From assembly GCA_963749495.1 (NCBI GenBank), contig CAVVMW010000010.1, positions 64,001 through 128,000 on the forward strand: a stretch of DNA of 64,000 bases, written 5' to 3'. This document shows positions 42,570 to 54,408 of this stretch, one piece after another (positions within the stretch are counted from its first letter, which is position 1; each line of letters starts with the position of its first letter). The notes beneath the pieces are model-generated. The model ran no database searches. It saw nothing but the letters and a program-made list of their open reading frames with translations, and had not been told where the DNA came from. The position numbers and the translations under genes are program-made. This DNA comes from an uncultured bacterium. Lineage in GTDB: Bacteria > Verrucomicrobiota > Verrucomicrobiia > Limisphaerales > UBA8199.

Positions 42570-45334
42570 AGGACAAGCGTCTCAGGTAATCGGTGATCTG
42601 GGCCTCGAAGGCCTTGGGGTACTCTTCCGCGGCGAAATCGCCCGGCGGGCTGGTCTCGCCGTAGATCACTTCGAGGGCCGTCACGACCTTGCGCAGCAGC
42701 GAAATGCCCAGCGCCCCATTTCTGCCGGCCGCGCTGACGTTGTTGATGGCCGCGGACTCGCTTGCCTGCGACCAGAGTTCCGCCGTTTGCTTGACCATCC
42801 CGCTGTAGCGAAAGCTCACGCGCGGGTCTTTGCCGGAAAGCTCCGCCAGTCTCTGCGACAGGGCCTCAGCGGATTCGGCTAATCTGCGTTGTTCCTCGCT
42901 AAGGCCGGCGGGGCTCAAGTCCGCCTGCTGTTCCTCGGTTCCGCCGGCACTGGCGTCTGACGCTGATTTTCCCTGTCCTTCGCCCTTGTCTTGTGGTTCG
43001 GCGGACTCTGCGGGTGACCGGCTGGAGCCCGTCCTGGCGAGTTGGCCGGCGCGGAACTGCGGAGACAGGCCGGCCCCTTGCTCGTTGGTCAAGGTCTCCG
43101 GACCGCGGCCGGAGGCCACAAGATTGGTTCGGCCCTCCGACCCTCCTCTACCTTCCCGGTTCGCGGATTTCCCGGACTGCGGCTGCTGCTGCTGTTGTTC
43201 TCGGGCGCCTGCCTCGGCCAGTCAATCGGCGCTCGACTGCCCGGCCTTTCCCGCAGTCTGCGCGTTGCCGCCCGAGAGCGGGCCAGGGCTTGGCATCGGC
43301 GTGGGGCGATTCGCTTGGTCCTGCTGCCGGGCGTAGATCTCGTTGAGCCGCTGCTGCAACTGGACCAGCCGCCGCGCTTGCTGAATCGCCTGCGGCAACG
43401 CCTGGCGCCGTTCCTGTTTCTGCTGCTCCTTTAGCTTCTCGATGGCGTCGAGCACGACCTTGATGCAGTTCCCCTGGCCCCGGCACATCCCGGCCTCCAG
43501 TTCGGGCAGCAGCCGGCAGGTTTCATAAAGGTGCTGCAACGCGGCCTCCTCGGACTGGAGCGCCGGCGCCCGCGCCCGCTCGTCCAGGCGGGTGCTCGCC
43601 TGCTCCATGGCCTGGAGCGCGGCGGCGAATTCCACGCGCGCCTGCTCCGGCGCGATAGCCAGGAGAAAGCCTTCCTTGAAGACCAAGGCGTAGGACCTGG
43701 TCTGGCGCTGGCTGCCCGCCAGATCGTGATACTTGCCCTCCTCGCCGCTGTCCGCCAGGGCCGTCGTGGCGGCGAGGATCTGCTTTTCCAGTTCGATCAG
43801 GTTGATCTTCGTCGCGTTGCCGCCGCGACATTGCCCCAAGGCCTTTTCCTTGGTGGTGTATTCGACGAAATAGACCGGCGATCGCCCAATGCCCGGTCCG
43901 TCGAGGGTGTTGTTGTCGCCGGCCTCGGCATAGTAGGCGGCCACTTCGTATTCCTGGAGGTCCAAAGGCGCCAGGTCGAGCGTGGCGGCCGCTTCGACTT
44001 CCTTGGCTTCGCCTTTGGGCAGGAGAATGCGATTGGTGTGCCACGAACCATTCATTTTTCTGAAAATCAACCGGAGGTCCCGAACGCCATAGTCGTCGGT
44101 CGCACTGATCGTGAGGGGGACCTTGGCGGTCGGTTCGGCCCGGATGTCGAGACCCGGTTCAATGATGTCCACCAACGGCTTTTCGTCCCGCAGGACGGTG
44201 AGTTTGAAGGGCTTATCGTTGCCGCCTTTACGGGCTTTTTGGTCCAGGAGGTCCACCCAGTAATAGGCATCACGCACGGCAATGAGCGAGTTGGTCCACT
44301 GGTTTTCCCCGGCGCGGGCGAGTTGGAGCACCGCTTGATTGGCAAAGCGGAGCCGGGCGTTGGTGAGGCTGCCGGCGGTGACAAAGCGAAAATCGAGCCG
44401 GCTGGCGCGCAACACCGTCAGGTCCGGCGAGCATTCCTCGCGCGCTGCCTCTTTGGTATAAGCCGGCGGAGTGACCCGGACCCGCGTCTCCTTGAGTTCA
44501 GGGGGAACAAACGACGTCAAGCTTGAATTGGGGCGACCGCGCTTCCCGACCGGTCACGCGGTAGGAAATCTCCCCTCTGACGCCTAACAATGGGGCGACG
44601 AATCTGCGGGAAGCCACCCGGCGCATGGCGGCATACTGCCAGGGAGCGGCATTGGTCAATTGCCACTCCAAACGGGCCTCTCGCAGCCATTTCCCGGCGA
44701 CGCTTGCCTCGATTTCCTGGTCAGTTCCCTCGACTACTTCGATGTTGCCCGGCTTTACCTCTATGCTCGTGTAGGCGGCCTGGCTCCACGGGCACAAGGC
44801 GCGCTGGACCGCTGTGGTCCCGCCCGGCACCAGGACTAAGCCCAGCCCCACAAGCATCGCAACCCCGCCTGCAACATAGCCTCGAAGGACCAACTGCCGC
44901 CGCCACCATGGGGTTTCCGTCACCACCAACTTGCGGGCGGCTTGCTCCTGGAGGGCGGCCACAAGCTCCGGCTCATAGACCTCTTTCGCCGTGCGCCCTC
45001 CCGGCAGGTACTCCACCGCAGTGGAGACAATGCAGCCCAGTTCAGGCCGCCGCCGTTCCACCTCGAGCGCGATGTCCTTGGCCGTCGAGGGCCGGCGCAG
45101 CCGCCACACCAGCCGCGCCAATCCTATCCCCAGGAAAGAAACCAACAACGCCAACCCGCAGGCGCGCGCCCCGGTGGGTAACGCCAGCCGGTAATCCGCC
45201 GCCGCCAGGACGCACAAAATCCCCAGCGCACCGCAACCCAGGCTCAAGGCCTCGCCCCACAGGCCGGCGCGGTCCTTGACTCGCCGCAGGCTCTTGAGCC
45301 GGTCCTCGGTATATTCGGCATGTCTTGTGTTCAT
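42559..45334 (-). CDS. DUF4175-like membrane-anchored Ig/coiled-coil protein (frameshift ~44520; in-frame TGA at 43224-43222)
   Basis: RBS GAGAGGAAAA before ATG 45334, TM segments, VTPPAYT, ATDDYGV, EAGDNNTLDGPGIGRS, Gln-rich coiled coil, C-terminal YPKAFEAQITDYLRRLS. Confidence 0.75.
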
Positions 45335-45345
45335 TTTTCCTCTCC

Positions 45346-47406
45346 TCAAGCCCACGTTCGATTTGCCAGCAGGAACTCCGCGATGAGCAATGCCAGGCCG
45401 GCCAGCAAGAACAGGCGCCACAATTCGCGCGAGTCATCGCCGGATAGAGCCACGGCGGAGCCTTCCAGGCCCGGATCGCTTGTCCGGGTGATCGAACCCA
45501 GGAACTCCTCGGTCGTCATCCCCGCCAGGTCGGATTCCGCAGCGGGAAGGCTGGCGGTGAAGCGGCAGACTTCCTCCCCGGTGAGGCCCTCGACCGCAAA
45601 GACTCCTGGCTGCTCCGGGCGCAGGGTGATGGCGCCGGCGCGCGGGTCAAGCCGCAGCCCCTCTTCGGCCCCTCGCAGCCGCACCGTTTGGACCGGGTCG
45701 ATTGGGATTGCCGCCTCGATGCCGCACGCCAGGTCCGGCCCGGCAGTCAGCCGCCCCTGCACCGGCCTGCCCGCGGCCAGGGCGATGACGCCTTCCAGCC
45801 AGGGAACGAAGGTCTTTCGTTTCGGCCAGTCGGTCCAGGCGGTGTCGGCGGTGGTGTTGACGGCCACGATGCGGCCCCGGCCGAGTTTCCTGCTGATGAT
45901 GAATGGCACGCCGTCGGTGAAACGGGCCACGACGGCGCTGCCGGCTTGAGCTTGCAGCGCGAAACGGCGCTTGAAAGCGGGCCGCGTGGGATCGCCGCTG
46001 TTCTCGGGCCGGAAGGCAGTGAATACAGGCGAGGCCTTGTCGAACTCGCCGAGGTGCCAGAATTCCTCAGGCCGGTCCGGGTCGCCTTCTGCCCGGCGTA
46101 GCGACATGGGGAGCAGTTCGGCAAATGCGCCCTGGTAGCGCTGGGCCGCGACGGCTTCACCCAGGAAGAGCAGGAGACCGCCGCCATTGGTCACGAAGCT
46201 CCGCAGTTCGGCGCCCAGCCCCGCCGGTTGGCGCAGTCCGGGGAGGATGACCAGCCCGCAGTCTCTTGTCCCGGCCAGGGCCGAGAGGAGCCGATCGCCT
46301 GGGACCTTGTCACACCGGAAGGGAACCCCGTTGGTGGCCGCGCTGGCCAAGACGCTCACGATGAAGAAGCTCTCCTCCTCGAAGGCGCGCGCTGAAGGCC
46401 GCGGCTCCGCTACCAGGAGACGCAACGGCTCGGGAATTCTCAGGGCCAGCCACCGGCGATTGTCCGCCGCCAGGTCGTCCAGTTTGTCCGGCCGGCCTTC
46501 CGGTTCGGCCGCCAGGCGAGCCTCGATCGTGTGCCAGCCTGGCCTCAGTGCAGGCAGCGTCAGCACCTGGCCGGACGCCCTCGCGAGATTCACCGGGCAA
46601 TTCGTCAAAGGCTGTTCATCCACCAGGACCTCCGCGTTGACCATGCCGGGAGCCCCCTCTCCAAAACCAGCAGCGTCGAGCCGGATGGCGCCGCTGGACT
46701 CCAGGCTCAGCCCGGTCAGCGCCACATTCGGCACGGCCATTTCTCCCACGGCGGCGAGCTTCAGTTCCATGCCCCGGGGCACCTTGAGGCCGATTGCCCT
46801 GCCGGCGCCGCTGCGTTGAAAGTCCGAAATGACCACGATCTGGCGCAGGCGGTTGGGCCCGGCCTGACGCAACAGCCGGACGGCCTCAGTCAGACCCTCC
46901 GCCAGGTCCCCGGCTTCGAAGCCCGGCGCAAGCTCGTGAAGAGCGGCCCGCGCCCTCGAGCCAGGCGCCAAGGGCGAGAGGACCTTGGGCGGCGCGCTTG
47001 CCTCCACCAGGGCCGCGCGGTCATCGAAACTCAGTTCCTGCAGGATATTCAGAGCTTCTGCCCGGGCCTTTGCCCAGCGATCCTTGACCAGCATCGAGGC
47101 GGATCGGTCCAATACCAGCACGACATCCCGTTTCGGGCGTATCGCCGCCTGGCTGGTCTGCCGGAGGTACGGGCGCGCAAAGGCAACCACCACCAGTGTC
47201 AGGAGCAAACAGCGCGTCACCAGCAGCAGCCAATGCCGTATCTTCTGCCGGCGGGCCGCCTCTTCGTGTTTCTCGAGGAAAAACTGGACGGTGCTGAAGC
47301 GCATCTGGCGCCGGGGACGCCGGAACAGCAGATGGATAAGGATGGGGATGACCAGTGTGGCCAAACCTCCGAGCAGCGCCAGATGAGTGAATGTCAGCCC
47401 GCCCAT
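45346..47406 (-). CDS. BatA N-terminal double-TM plus vWA domain protein
   Basis: IPILIHLL...FSTVQF...LLLVTRCLLL...AFARP, MIDAS VLDRSASM, VVISDFQ, C-terminal ELWR...EFLLA. Confidence 0.92.
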   Translation of the reverse strand: MGGLTFTHLALLGGLATLVIPILIHLLFRRPRRQMRFSTVQFFLEKHEEAARRQKIRHWLLLVTRCLLLTLVVVAFARPYLRQTSQAAIRPKRDVVLVLDRSASMLVKDRWAKARAEALNILQELSFDDRAALVEASAPPKVLSPLAPGSRARAALHELAPGFEAGDLAEGLTEAVRLLRQAGPNRLRQIVVISDFQRSGAGRAIGLKVPRGMELKLAAVGEMAVPNVALTGLSLESSGAIRLDAAGFGEGAPGMVNAEVLVDEQPLTNCPVNLARASGQVLTLPALRPGWHTIEARLAAEPEGRPDKLDDLAADNRRWLALRIPEPLRLLVAEPRPSARAFEEESFFIVSVLASAATNGVPFRCDKVPGDRLLSALAGTRDCGLVILPGLRQPAGLGAELRSFVTNGGGLLLFLGEAVAAQRYQGAFAELLPMSLRRAEGDPDRPEEFWHLGEFDKASPVFTAFRPENSGDPTRPAFKRRFALQAQAGSAVVARFTDGVPFIISRKLGRGRIVAVNTTADTAWTDWPKRKTFVPWLEGVIALAAGRPVQGRLTAGPDLACGIEAAIPIDPVQTVRLRGAEEGLRLDPRAGAITLRPEQPGVFAVEGLTGEEVCRFTASLPAAESDLAGMTTEEFLGSITRTSDPGLEGSAVALSGDDSRELWRLFLLAGLALLIAEFLLANRTWA

Positions 47407-48312
47407 CTAGACCTCCATCCGCGCCTCGAGGCAGGCCGCCAACGCCCCTTCCAGGGGTTGGTCGGTGCGGAGCAGAAAATAGTCCGCTTCCAGTCTCTCG
47501 CACTCGAGCTTTGTTTGAGCCAGAAAGGCCCGGAAACGGCCCAGATACTCCTCCCGAAACGCGCCGGCGTGCAGCCTGATTTTCTGCCCGGTTTCCGCAT
47601 CCTCGAACTCGAAGTCCTCGTGGAAATCGAAATCCGCCTCTTCCGGAGCCACGATGTGGAACACCAACAACTCCTGGCGCTGAAGCTGCAACTGCCGCAG
47701 CAAATCAAAAATGACCGAGCCCGAGGAAAGCAGGTCCGAAATGACGATGGCCAGACCCCGCCGGCGAAGGCTCGCGGCGGCCTGGCCAAGGCCGGTGATG
47801 GCCTGCGTGCGCCCGGAGGGAACCGCCCGCGCGAGCGCGGTGAGCAGCTCCTCCAGGTGCTGCGCCCGGCATTGGCTGGGCAGGACCTCCAGGGCCCGTT
47901 CGCCCAAAAAGATCAGGCCCGGCGCGTCATGCTGGCGGACCAATAGGTAGGACAACGCCGCCGCCAGATTGCGCGCACACGTGAACTTGTCGGGCGTCCC
48001 AAATGCCATCGAGGCGCTCGTATCCAGCAGCACCTGCGCGCGCAGGTTGGTGTTGTCCTCGAACTGCTTCACATAGAGCTTGTCCGTCCGGCCCCAAACC
48101 CGCCAATCCAGGTATCGCAGGTTGTCGCCCATCATATAGGGGCGGTAGCTGTCAAACTCGGAGCTGTGCCCCAGAAACGGGCTGCGGTGGAGTCCGTTGA
48201 GGAACCCGTTGACCACCCCGCGCGCGAGCAGAACGAGGTCCTCGACGGATGCGACCAGCTTCGAGTCGAGCGGCGCCGCCTCGGGTTTGGGTCGTGGCGA
48301 AGGAGCTTGCAT
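47407..48312 (-). CDS. DUF58 domain protein (MoxR partner)
   Basis: GLHRSPFLGHSSEFDSYRPY...DNLRYLDWRVWGRTDKLYVKQFE, LLDTSASM. Confidence 0.95.
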   Translation of the reverse strand: MQAPSPRPKPEAAPLDSKLVASVEDLVLLARGVVNGFLNGLHRSPFLGHSSEFDSYRPYMMGDNLRYLDWRVWGRTDKLYVKQFEDNTNLRAQVLLDTSASMAFGTPDKFTCARNLAAALSYLLVRQHDAPGLIFLGERALEVLPSQCRAQHLEELLTALARAVPSGRTQAITGLGQAAASLRRRGLAIVISDLLSSGSVIFDLLRQLQLQRQELLVFHIVAPEEADFDFHEDFEFEDAETGQKIRLHAGAFREEYLGRFRAFLAQTKLECERLEADYFLLRTDQPLEGALAACLEARMEV

Positions 48313-48318
48313 GGCGCC

Positions 48319-49338
<1,020 letters not shown>

Positions 49339-49361
49339 GGTTCAAGTTCGAAGGGTTGAGG

Positions 49362-49375
49362 TTTTACAATTGTGC
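49362..49375. promoter_or_regulatory. Putative BlaI-type operator upstream of moxR
   Basis: TTTTACAATTGTGC, an exact reverse complement of 51540-51553; contains TACA-AT-TGTG. Confidence 0.7.
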
Positions 49376-49431
49376 GAGTTGACCGTCTAAAATGCCTTCT
49401 CCAAACTCAGTCTGGCCGGCTTGGTTCATCG

Positions 49432-49556
49432 TAACTGTTCAGGTCGCGCATAGGAGCGCGGACGCCCCGTCCGCGCGTTTTTTGCCGCCGGAGCCGCGCG
49501 GACGAGGCGTCCGCGCTCCTATGGAACGGCCCTTTTCACGGCAACCTGAACAGTTA
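49432..49556. mobile_element. MITE-like element (16-bp terminal IRs) enclosing a REP doublet
   Basis: TAACTGTTCAGGTCGC / GCAACCTGAACAGTTA (1 mismatch). Inner inverted repeat CATAGGAGCGCGGACGCCCCGTCCGCGCG at 49449-49477 / 49495-49523. Confidence 0.65.
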
Positions 49557-49559
49557 TGG

Positions 49560-51122
49560 TTAATCTATCGTTACTGCCGCCAACAGCGGGGCGGGCCCGG
49601 TTGCCCGGGCCGAGTATTCCACGCTCTCGACCGGCATGGCCGGGCGCGGGTTGACAAAGGTGGTCCGATAAAGCCGCAAAGCCAGGCCGGCGGCGCGCGT
49701 CTCGGGATTGCCTCCGGTCCAGGCCATGGCGCTGCCCGGATCACGAACCGGTGAAAAGGCCGCAAATCGGCAATCCTGAAGGTGTTCGCCGTAGCGAATG
49801 GCCAACTCGGCCGTGCTCCCGTCACGGTAATGAAACCGCACATGTCCCACGGTTGCGCCCTGCCCGGCAGTTCCATCCAGGGCGTGGAGCAAATGAATTC
49901 TATGGAAAGCGATTCCGACGCTCGCAAGGATCGAAGAGGAAGCTGGCACCGGCGTCACACCTTTGATGACCCAGTACACGCCGCCGAACTGCTGCTCGCC
50001 CGCAGGCAGTTCCTCGAAAGGCTGCCCGCTGGAATCGCGGTTGGCGGCTGTGCCCAAAACCAAGGCTCTTGGATGGGCTCCAATCTCGGCGGCAACCAAG
50101 GCGCTCCGGTGGGCTCCAACTCCAACTGGCAGAACGACAACGGCTGCAATGAGAACGCCCAGTACCGCCGCGGCGCTGGGCCATAACCGGAACGACCTCT
50201 TGGGCGCCAAGATCGTTGTTAAACGGTCCTCCAGCTCCTTGGCCTGCCCGGAAATCGCCAGTGAAGAGGGCGGCATCGCCGGACTGAATTGGGCGACCAA
50301 GTGATCTACCAGAACGCTCCCATAGGCTGCCGCGTCCACCCGCAACGCCGCAATCGCCATCTCATCACAACATTTCTCGCGCTCGTGCCGCAACCGGGCG
50401 TTGAGCCACCAAACCGCCGGGTGAAACCAGAAGACCGCCTGCACCAGCACCTGCACGAAATTGACCAACACGTCCCACCGCAGGACGTGGGCCAACTCAT
50501 GAGCCAGCACAACTTGTCGTTCCCGGGCATGGCCCACGCCGGGAAAGGCCGCCGGCAGGTAGATGCAGCCTCGCCAGATGCCCCACACGAACGGCTGGCC
50601 GGCCGAGGCCAACAAACACAGCTTGGGCCGGTTCCGCAACCCCAGCCGGCGGCACAACTCCAGAAACTCGCATTCCAGCTCCAGGTCCGGTTCAACCCGG
50701 GTGCGGCGCAACCTGGCTTGGATGCGAAGCGCCTTCAGCGCACCCAGCCCCACCATGGCCGCGGCGCCAACGAACCAGACCAGCGCGCAGAGTGTACCGG
50801 GCGACAGACCGGTGTGCGGCGCAACGGCCTGAACTGCCTGCGACCCGGCCGGAGGCGCTGCTGTGGCTTGTTCCCCGTTTGCCTGCACAACCGCGACGCC
50901 CACAGCGCCCTGAATCAGAGGCACGACCCTCCCCGGCACAGGAAGCGCAACGAACGCGGGCACAAGGCACTTCGCCAGCACGAGCAGCCCCAAAAGATAA
51001 CGCCAATGCGCGCTCGTCCTCCGGCTCAAGCGCCACACCAACGCCAGCGCCAGGGCCGGCGGGAGCACCTGCAAGGATTGGCTCCAGACCCACTCGAGGG
51101 CGCGCTGGCTCAATGGGTTCAC
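49560..51122 (-). CDS. BlaR1-like M56 metallopeptidase sensor with a non-PBP C-terminal extracytoplasmic domain
   Basis: TM helices, PFVWG, VLAHELAHVLRWD (HExxH), FWFHPAVWWL, EREKCCDE. Confidence 0.92.
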   Translation of the reverse strand: MNPLSQRALEWVWSQSLQVLPPALALALVWRLSRRTSAHWRYLLGLLVLAKCLVPAFVALPVPGRVVPLIQGAVGVAVVQANGEQATAAPPAGSQAVQAVAPHTGLSPGTLCALVWFVGAAAMVGLGALKALRIQARLRRTRVEPDLELECEFLELCRRLGLRNRPKLCLLASAGQPFVWGIWRGCIYLPAAFPGVGHARERQVVLAHELAHVLRWDVLVNFVQVLVQAVFWFHPAVWWLNARLRHEREKCCDEMAIAALRVDAAAYGSVLVDHLVAQFSPAMPPSSLAISGQAKELEDRLTTILAPKRSFRLWPSAAAVLGVLIAAVVVLPVGVGAHRSALVAAEIGAHPRALVLGTAANRDSSGQPFEELPAGEQQFGGVYWVIKGVTPVPASSSILASVGIAFHRIHLLHALDGTAGQGATVGHVRFHYRDGSTAELAIRYGEHLQDCRFAAFSPVRDPGSAMAWTGGNPETRAAGLALRLYRTTFVNPRPAMPVESVEYSARATGPAPLLAAVTID

Positions 51123-51523
51123 GATTCCTTCTTTCGCTTGGCGGCGGCGAGCATTGCCTGCAGCCGCTTTACGTCGCCCTGGTCAATTTGGTTGGTCTCC
51201 GCCAGGTGCATCACCAGCGGCACGGCGTCACCTCCAAAGAACCGCTTCACCAGTTCGCTCACCGTCTTGGAAATCACCCGTTGCGGCTGGATGGCCGGTG
51301 AAAAGAAATGCGCCTTCCCCACTGTGCGCGATTTCAAAAACCCCTTGTCGCGCAGTCTCCTCAAGACCGTCAATACCGTCGCGGGCGCCAGGTCGCGCCC
51401 TTCCGGCAGGGCCTCCCAAATCTGCTGCGCGCTGGCCTCCTTCAATTCCCAGATCAACCGCAGGATTTCCGCCTCGCGGGCGCCCAGGCTCGCCATGTCG
51501 TCTTGAGGATGCTTTGCAGCCAT
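51119..51523 (-). CDS. BlaI/MecI/CopY-family repressor
   Basis: LGAREAEILRLIW...LAPATVLTVLRRLRDKGFL...RFFGGDAVPLVMHL. ATGA overlap with the M56 gene. Confidence 0.93.
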   Translation of the reverse strand: MAAKHPQDDMASLGAREAEILRLIWELKEASAQQIWEALPEGRDLAPATVLTVLRRLRDKGFLKSRTVGKAHFFSPAIQPQRVISKTVSELVKRFFGGDAVPLVMHLAETNQIDQGDVKRLQAMLAAAKRKKES

Positions 51524-51539
51524 TGCTCGCGCCCATCTT

Positions 51540-51562
51540 GCACAATTGTAAAAGAAAGTCAA
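51540..51562 (-). promoter_or_regulatory. blaI-like promoter (-35 TTGACT) with operator TTTTACAATTGTGC in the spacer
   Basis: The minus strand reads TTGACT-TTC-TTTTACAATTGTGC-AAGAT, 16 bp before the ATG. Confidence 0.7.
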
Positions 51563-51622
51563 TACCGAAATTGCCAGATCAGGTAACCGGTCAGTGAAGG
51601 CGGAGACAGAGCCCTCGGGGGA

Positions 51623-51768
51623 CCCCTCACCCCGGCCCTCTCCCCGTCTGACGGGGAGAGGGAGAAGCCTCGTCAGTCTCCGGAATTTCCTGGCGTCTCG
51701 GCTTCCTCAACACGCTACGGAGAATTCTCCCTCTCCCCATCGGATGGGGAGAGGGCCGGGGTGAGGGG
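51623..51768. repeat. BoxC-like palindromic doublet, copy 3 (overlaps the 3' end of the upstream CDS)
   Basis: Same 40-bp arms and a 66-bp spacer; encodes the terminal PLTPALSPSDGERENSP. Confidence 0.85.
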
Positions 51769-53796
51769 CCTCCCGGCCAGGCCGCGCCCGCCTTCACTGA
51801 GGCCTTGCCAGATCAGGTCTCCCAGGTCCACCTCGCGCTGGGCGGGCACCACCACGTTCGTGCGCCAGGCGCCGCGGCAAATCTCGCGCTCCCCCGTGGC
51901 ATCCAATTCGTGCCAGTGGGCCTCCAGTTCATAGCGGCCGGGCGGCACGCACTCCACGTGGAAGGCCCCCGCGTCGCCAAATTCCAGCTGGTAAAGCACA
52001 CCGGACGCATCATCCCGCCGGAGAAGACGGGCCGGGGCCCTGGTGTCTTCCCAAGCCGGCTCGGCGCCGGGCACATGGAGCCGGCCCACCACCCGCGTGC
52101 CAGACCCGCCGACCTTGACTGAATGACACTCGCCGGGCTCGACCTCCACCTCGACACCATGGCTGAGGAAGCTCCGCACGACTTGGCCCACCCGGTGGCG
52201 GCCGGGCGGGACCCGTTCGAAAGTGAATCGGCCAGCCTCATCCGTCAACGTGGCAAACGCATTTTCCTGAAACCAGAGGTTGGTGAATCCAAGGGAACTT
52301 AAGGCCACCAACCGGTGGCTCTGTGGGGAGCCGTTGAACTCAAGCTGCCCTTCGAGGCGCGCCCAAGCCCGCAACGTTAGCCCCCGGGATCTTCGAACGT
52401 CCTCCAACGGCATCGCTCCAAACCCCTCCTCCGGTTTGGCCGCAAACGCCCAGGTTGCACCGTGGGAGACATCGAGTTCAAAGCGTCCGGCTTTGTCCGC
52501 GAACACTCCGTCAGAAACCGCGTTGGTCACGAAAGCGCCCTTCCCGAGCACTGCTTCCATCCCGGCGCCAGCCGCTCTGACCTCGGTGCCTGGCACGGGC
52601 CGTCCGTTCACATCGCGCACGACACCCGCAATGCGTTCTGCCGCGCGCAGCTTGAACTCCAACTCCACACACTCCTCCTCCGCCCCGAGCTTGCGCGAGA
52701 CGACACTTTCCCGTCCAGGTGCGCCGACCCGCACAAAGACGGGCGCCTGGGCCGGAAGCGGCAGAACAAACTCCCCGGGACGGTTTCCTTTGCGGGGCGG
52801 CTCACGCCGCGAAATGAGGCCCTCCGGCCGCTGCTCCAGGATCATTAGGCTGAAATTCTCAACCGCCTGCCCGAGCCCGTCGCGCACCAGGCCATTCACG
52901 ACGCGATCCCGTCGGAGCGTTATTTGCCAGTTCGTCTGCCCTGTGACGAGAAGCAGACCGTGCTGCGGACGATAGCCCGTCCCGCTCACGGCGCATCGGA
53001 CCTCCCCTGTTGGAGCATTGGGCCAGACGACCACGCCGTTCGTATCGGTTCGCCAGCGCCAGTCCCAGGGCACCGGCGCACCCCACTGCTCCACGGCCAC
53101 TTCGGCGTTCGGGACCGCGAGCTTGCCGGAGTCCACGACGCGCAATCGAGTGGCTTTCGCCGGGCGCAAAACCCAGCGCAACTCGGCCGCCTGGCCCAGC
53201 ACTATCACCTCGGTCCGGCTCGCAGCATAGCCCGGTGCCTCGGCGACCAGGACCAATGGTCCGGAACGGCAGTTCCTTAATTCGAATCGTCCATCCACGG
53301 GCGTCCACACGGGAAAATCCCCTCCCAGGATGCGGACTCCTTCGATCCCCCGGCCCGATTCATCAAGCACCAGACCACGGACCGCGGTCCCCCCTTCGAG
53401 CACGACCACTTCCGAGGAGGACGGCGCCGTCTCGCGGGCAAAATCGGGGTGGGCAAACGTCAGGCGCTCGGGCGCATTCGTAATCGACCAGTGTCCCTGC
53501 GAATCGGTGATGCCCAAGACATCCCGCCCCGGACGGCGAAAAGACGGCGCAATCGCCGGCCCGCTCGTGCCGTCGAGGATGATTGCGCCGGACACAGGAT
53601 TGCCCCGTTGATCCAGGGCAACTCCTCCGGCGCCGTGCCCTGCTGCCCGAGTTTGAGGGCCGTGAGACAACCCAAGAACAAGCAGCAGGGCGAACAACCT
53701 CGCCAAGACTCCGTCACAGACGCTCGGTTGTTCGTCCGCGATTCTCCGGCAAAACCGCGGCAAGCGCAGCGGGCGCCTTTCGAGGAGGCTTCGCAT
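51715..53796 (-). CDS. Secreted protein with tandem carboxypeptidase-regulatory-like domains (start uncertain)
   Basis: Signal-like LFALLLVLGL and repeats DQRGNPVSGA, GLVLDESGRGIEGV, GVVRDVNGRPVPGTEV, TDEAGRFTFERVPPG. Confidence 0.82.
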   Translation of the reverse strand: MRSLLERRPLRLPRFCRRIADEQPSVCDGVLARLFALLLVLGLSHGPQTRAAGHGAGGVALDQRGNPVSGAIILDGTSGPAIAPSFRRPGRDVLGITDSQGHWSITNAPERLTFAHPDFARETAPSSSEVVVLEGGTAVRGLVLDESGRGIEGVRILGGDFPVWTPVDGRFELRNCRSGPLVLVAEAPGYAASRTEVIVLGQAAELRWVLRPAKATRLRVVDSGKLAVPNAEVAVEQWGAPVPWDWRWRTDTNGVVVWPNAPTGEVRCAVSGTGYRPQHGLLLVTGQTNWQITLRRDRVVNGLVRDGLGQAVENFSLMILEQRPEGLISRREPPRKGNRPGEFVLPLPAQAPVFVRVGAPGRESVVSRKLGAEEECVELEFKLRAAERIAGVVRDVNGRPVPGTEVRAAGAGMEAVLGKGAFVTNAVSDGVFADKAGRFELDVSHGATWAFAAKPEEGFGAMPLEDVRRSRGLTLRAWARLEGQLEFNGSPQSHRLVALSSLGFTNLWFQENAFATLTDEAGRFTFERVPPGRHRVGQVVRSFLSHGVEVEVEPGECHSVKVGGSGTRVVGRLHVPGAEPAWEDTRAPARLLRRDDASGVLYQLEFGDAGAFHVECVPPGRYELEAHWHELDATGEREICRGAWRTNVVVPAQREVDLGDLIWQGLSEGGRGLAGRPLTPALSPSDGERENSP

Positions 53797-54182
53797 ACCC
53801 GTCAGTTCGCTAACGACGCTCGGGCCGGACCGCGCAACTGGTCGCTGGGGATGCCCCGGCGCTTGGCCAGGGGATCGATATACCAGCGGTAGGTGCCGCA
53901 CTCCGAAAAGAAGTCCAGGAGCGTGCCAGACCTGGAGCCGCCCGGTTGCCCGGCATCGGCGCGACAGAACCGTCGCGGGTTCGAACTCATTGCCCTGAGC
54001 ATATCGAGGTTTGCAGCGGGATCAAGCTCAGGCCTGCTTTCTGCTTCGACGATGTTACGCGATGTTGCGGCCTGGGTGTTGGCGAGCGCGGCCAGGCCGT
54101 CACCGCCGATGGCTTGCGCCACCGACAGGCCCGCCCCTCTGCCGCAGAGCATGCCCCAGCCGGAGTCTCCCGCGGTCTCGAC

Positions 54183-54269
54183 GCGTCGGCACTATCACTA
54201 CTCGGCCCAACCACCCATTGCCGAGGCAGGACTTTCACCTGCGAGCATGTCCAAGGTTGAAGGCCGCAC
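54183..54269 (-). mobile_element. Group II intron 5'-end remnant
   Basis: The minus strand starts GTGCG (consensus 5' GUGYG), followed by the hairpin GCAGGTGAAAGTCCTGC and GTAGTGA, typical of early domain I. Similarity is lost after ~85 nt. Confidence 0.6.
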
Positions 54270-54408
54270 ATAGGAATTTAGTTTTTTGCCGCGCCGCCGG
54301 CTTGACGCTTCGCGGGTGATATATAGACGCATTCAGATGTGGCAGGCCAGAAGAGGGACTATTAAGTGTAGCACATGAAGGTCTATAGGCTCCTGCCACT
54401 GCTCCAGC

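Noticed and set aside
49560..51523. Beta-lactam resistance locus
   Set aside because: The sensor lacks a penicillin-binding domain, and no beta-lactamase or PBP gene is adjacent.
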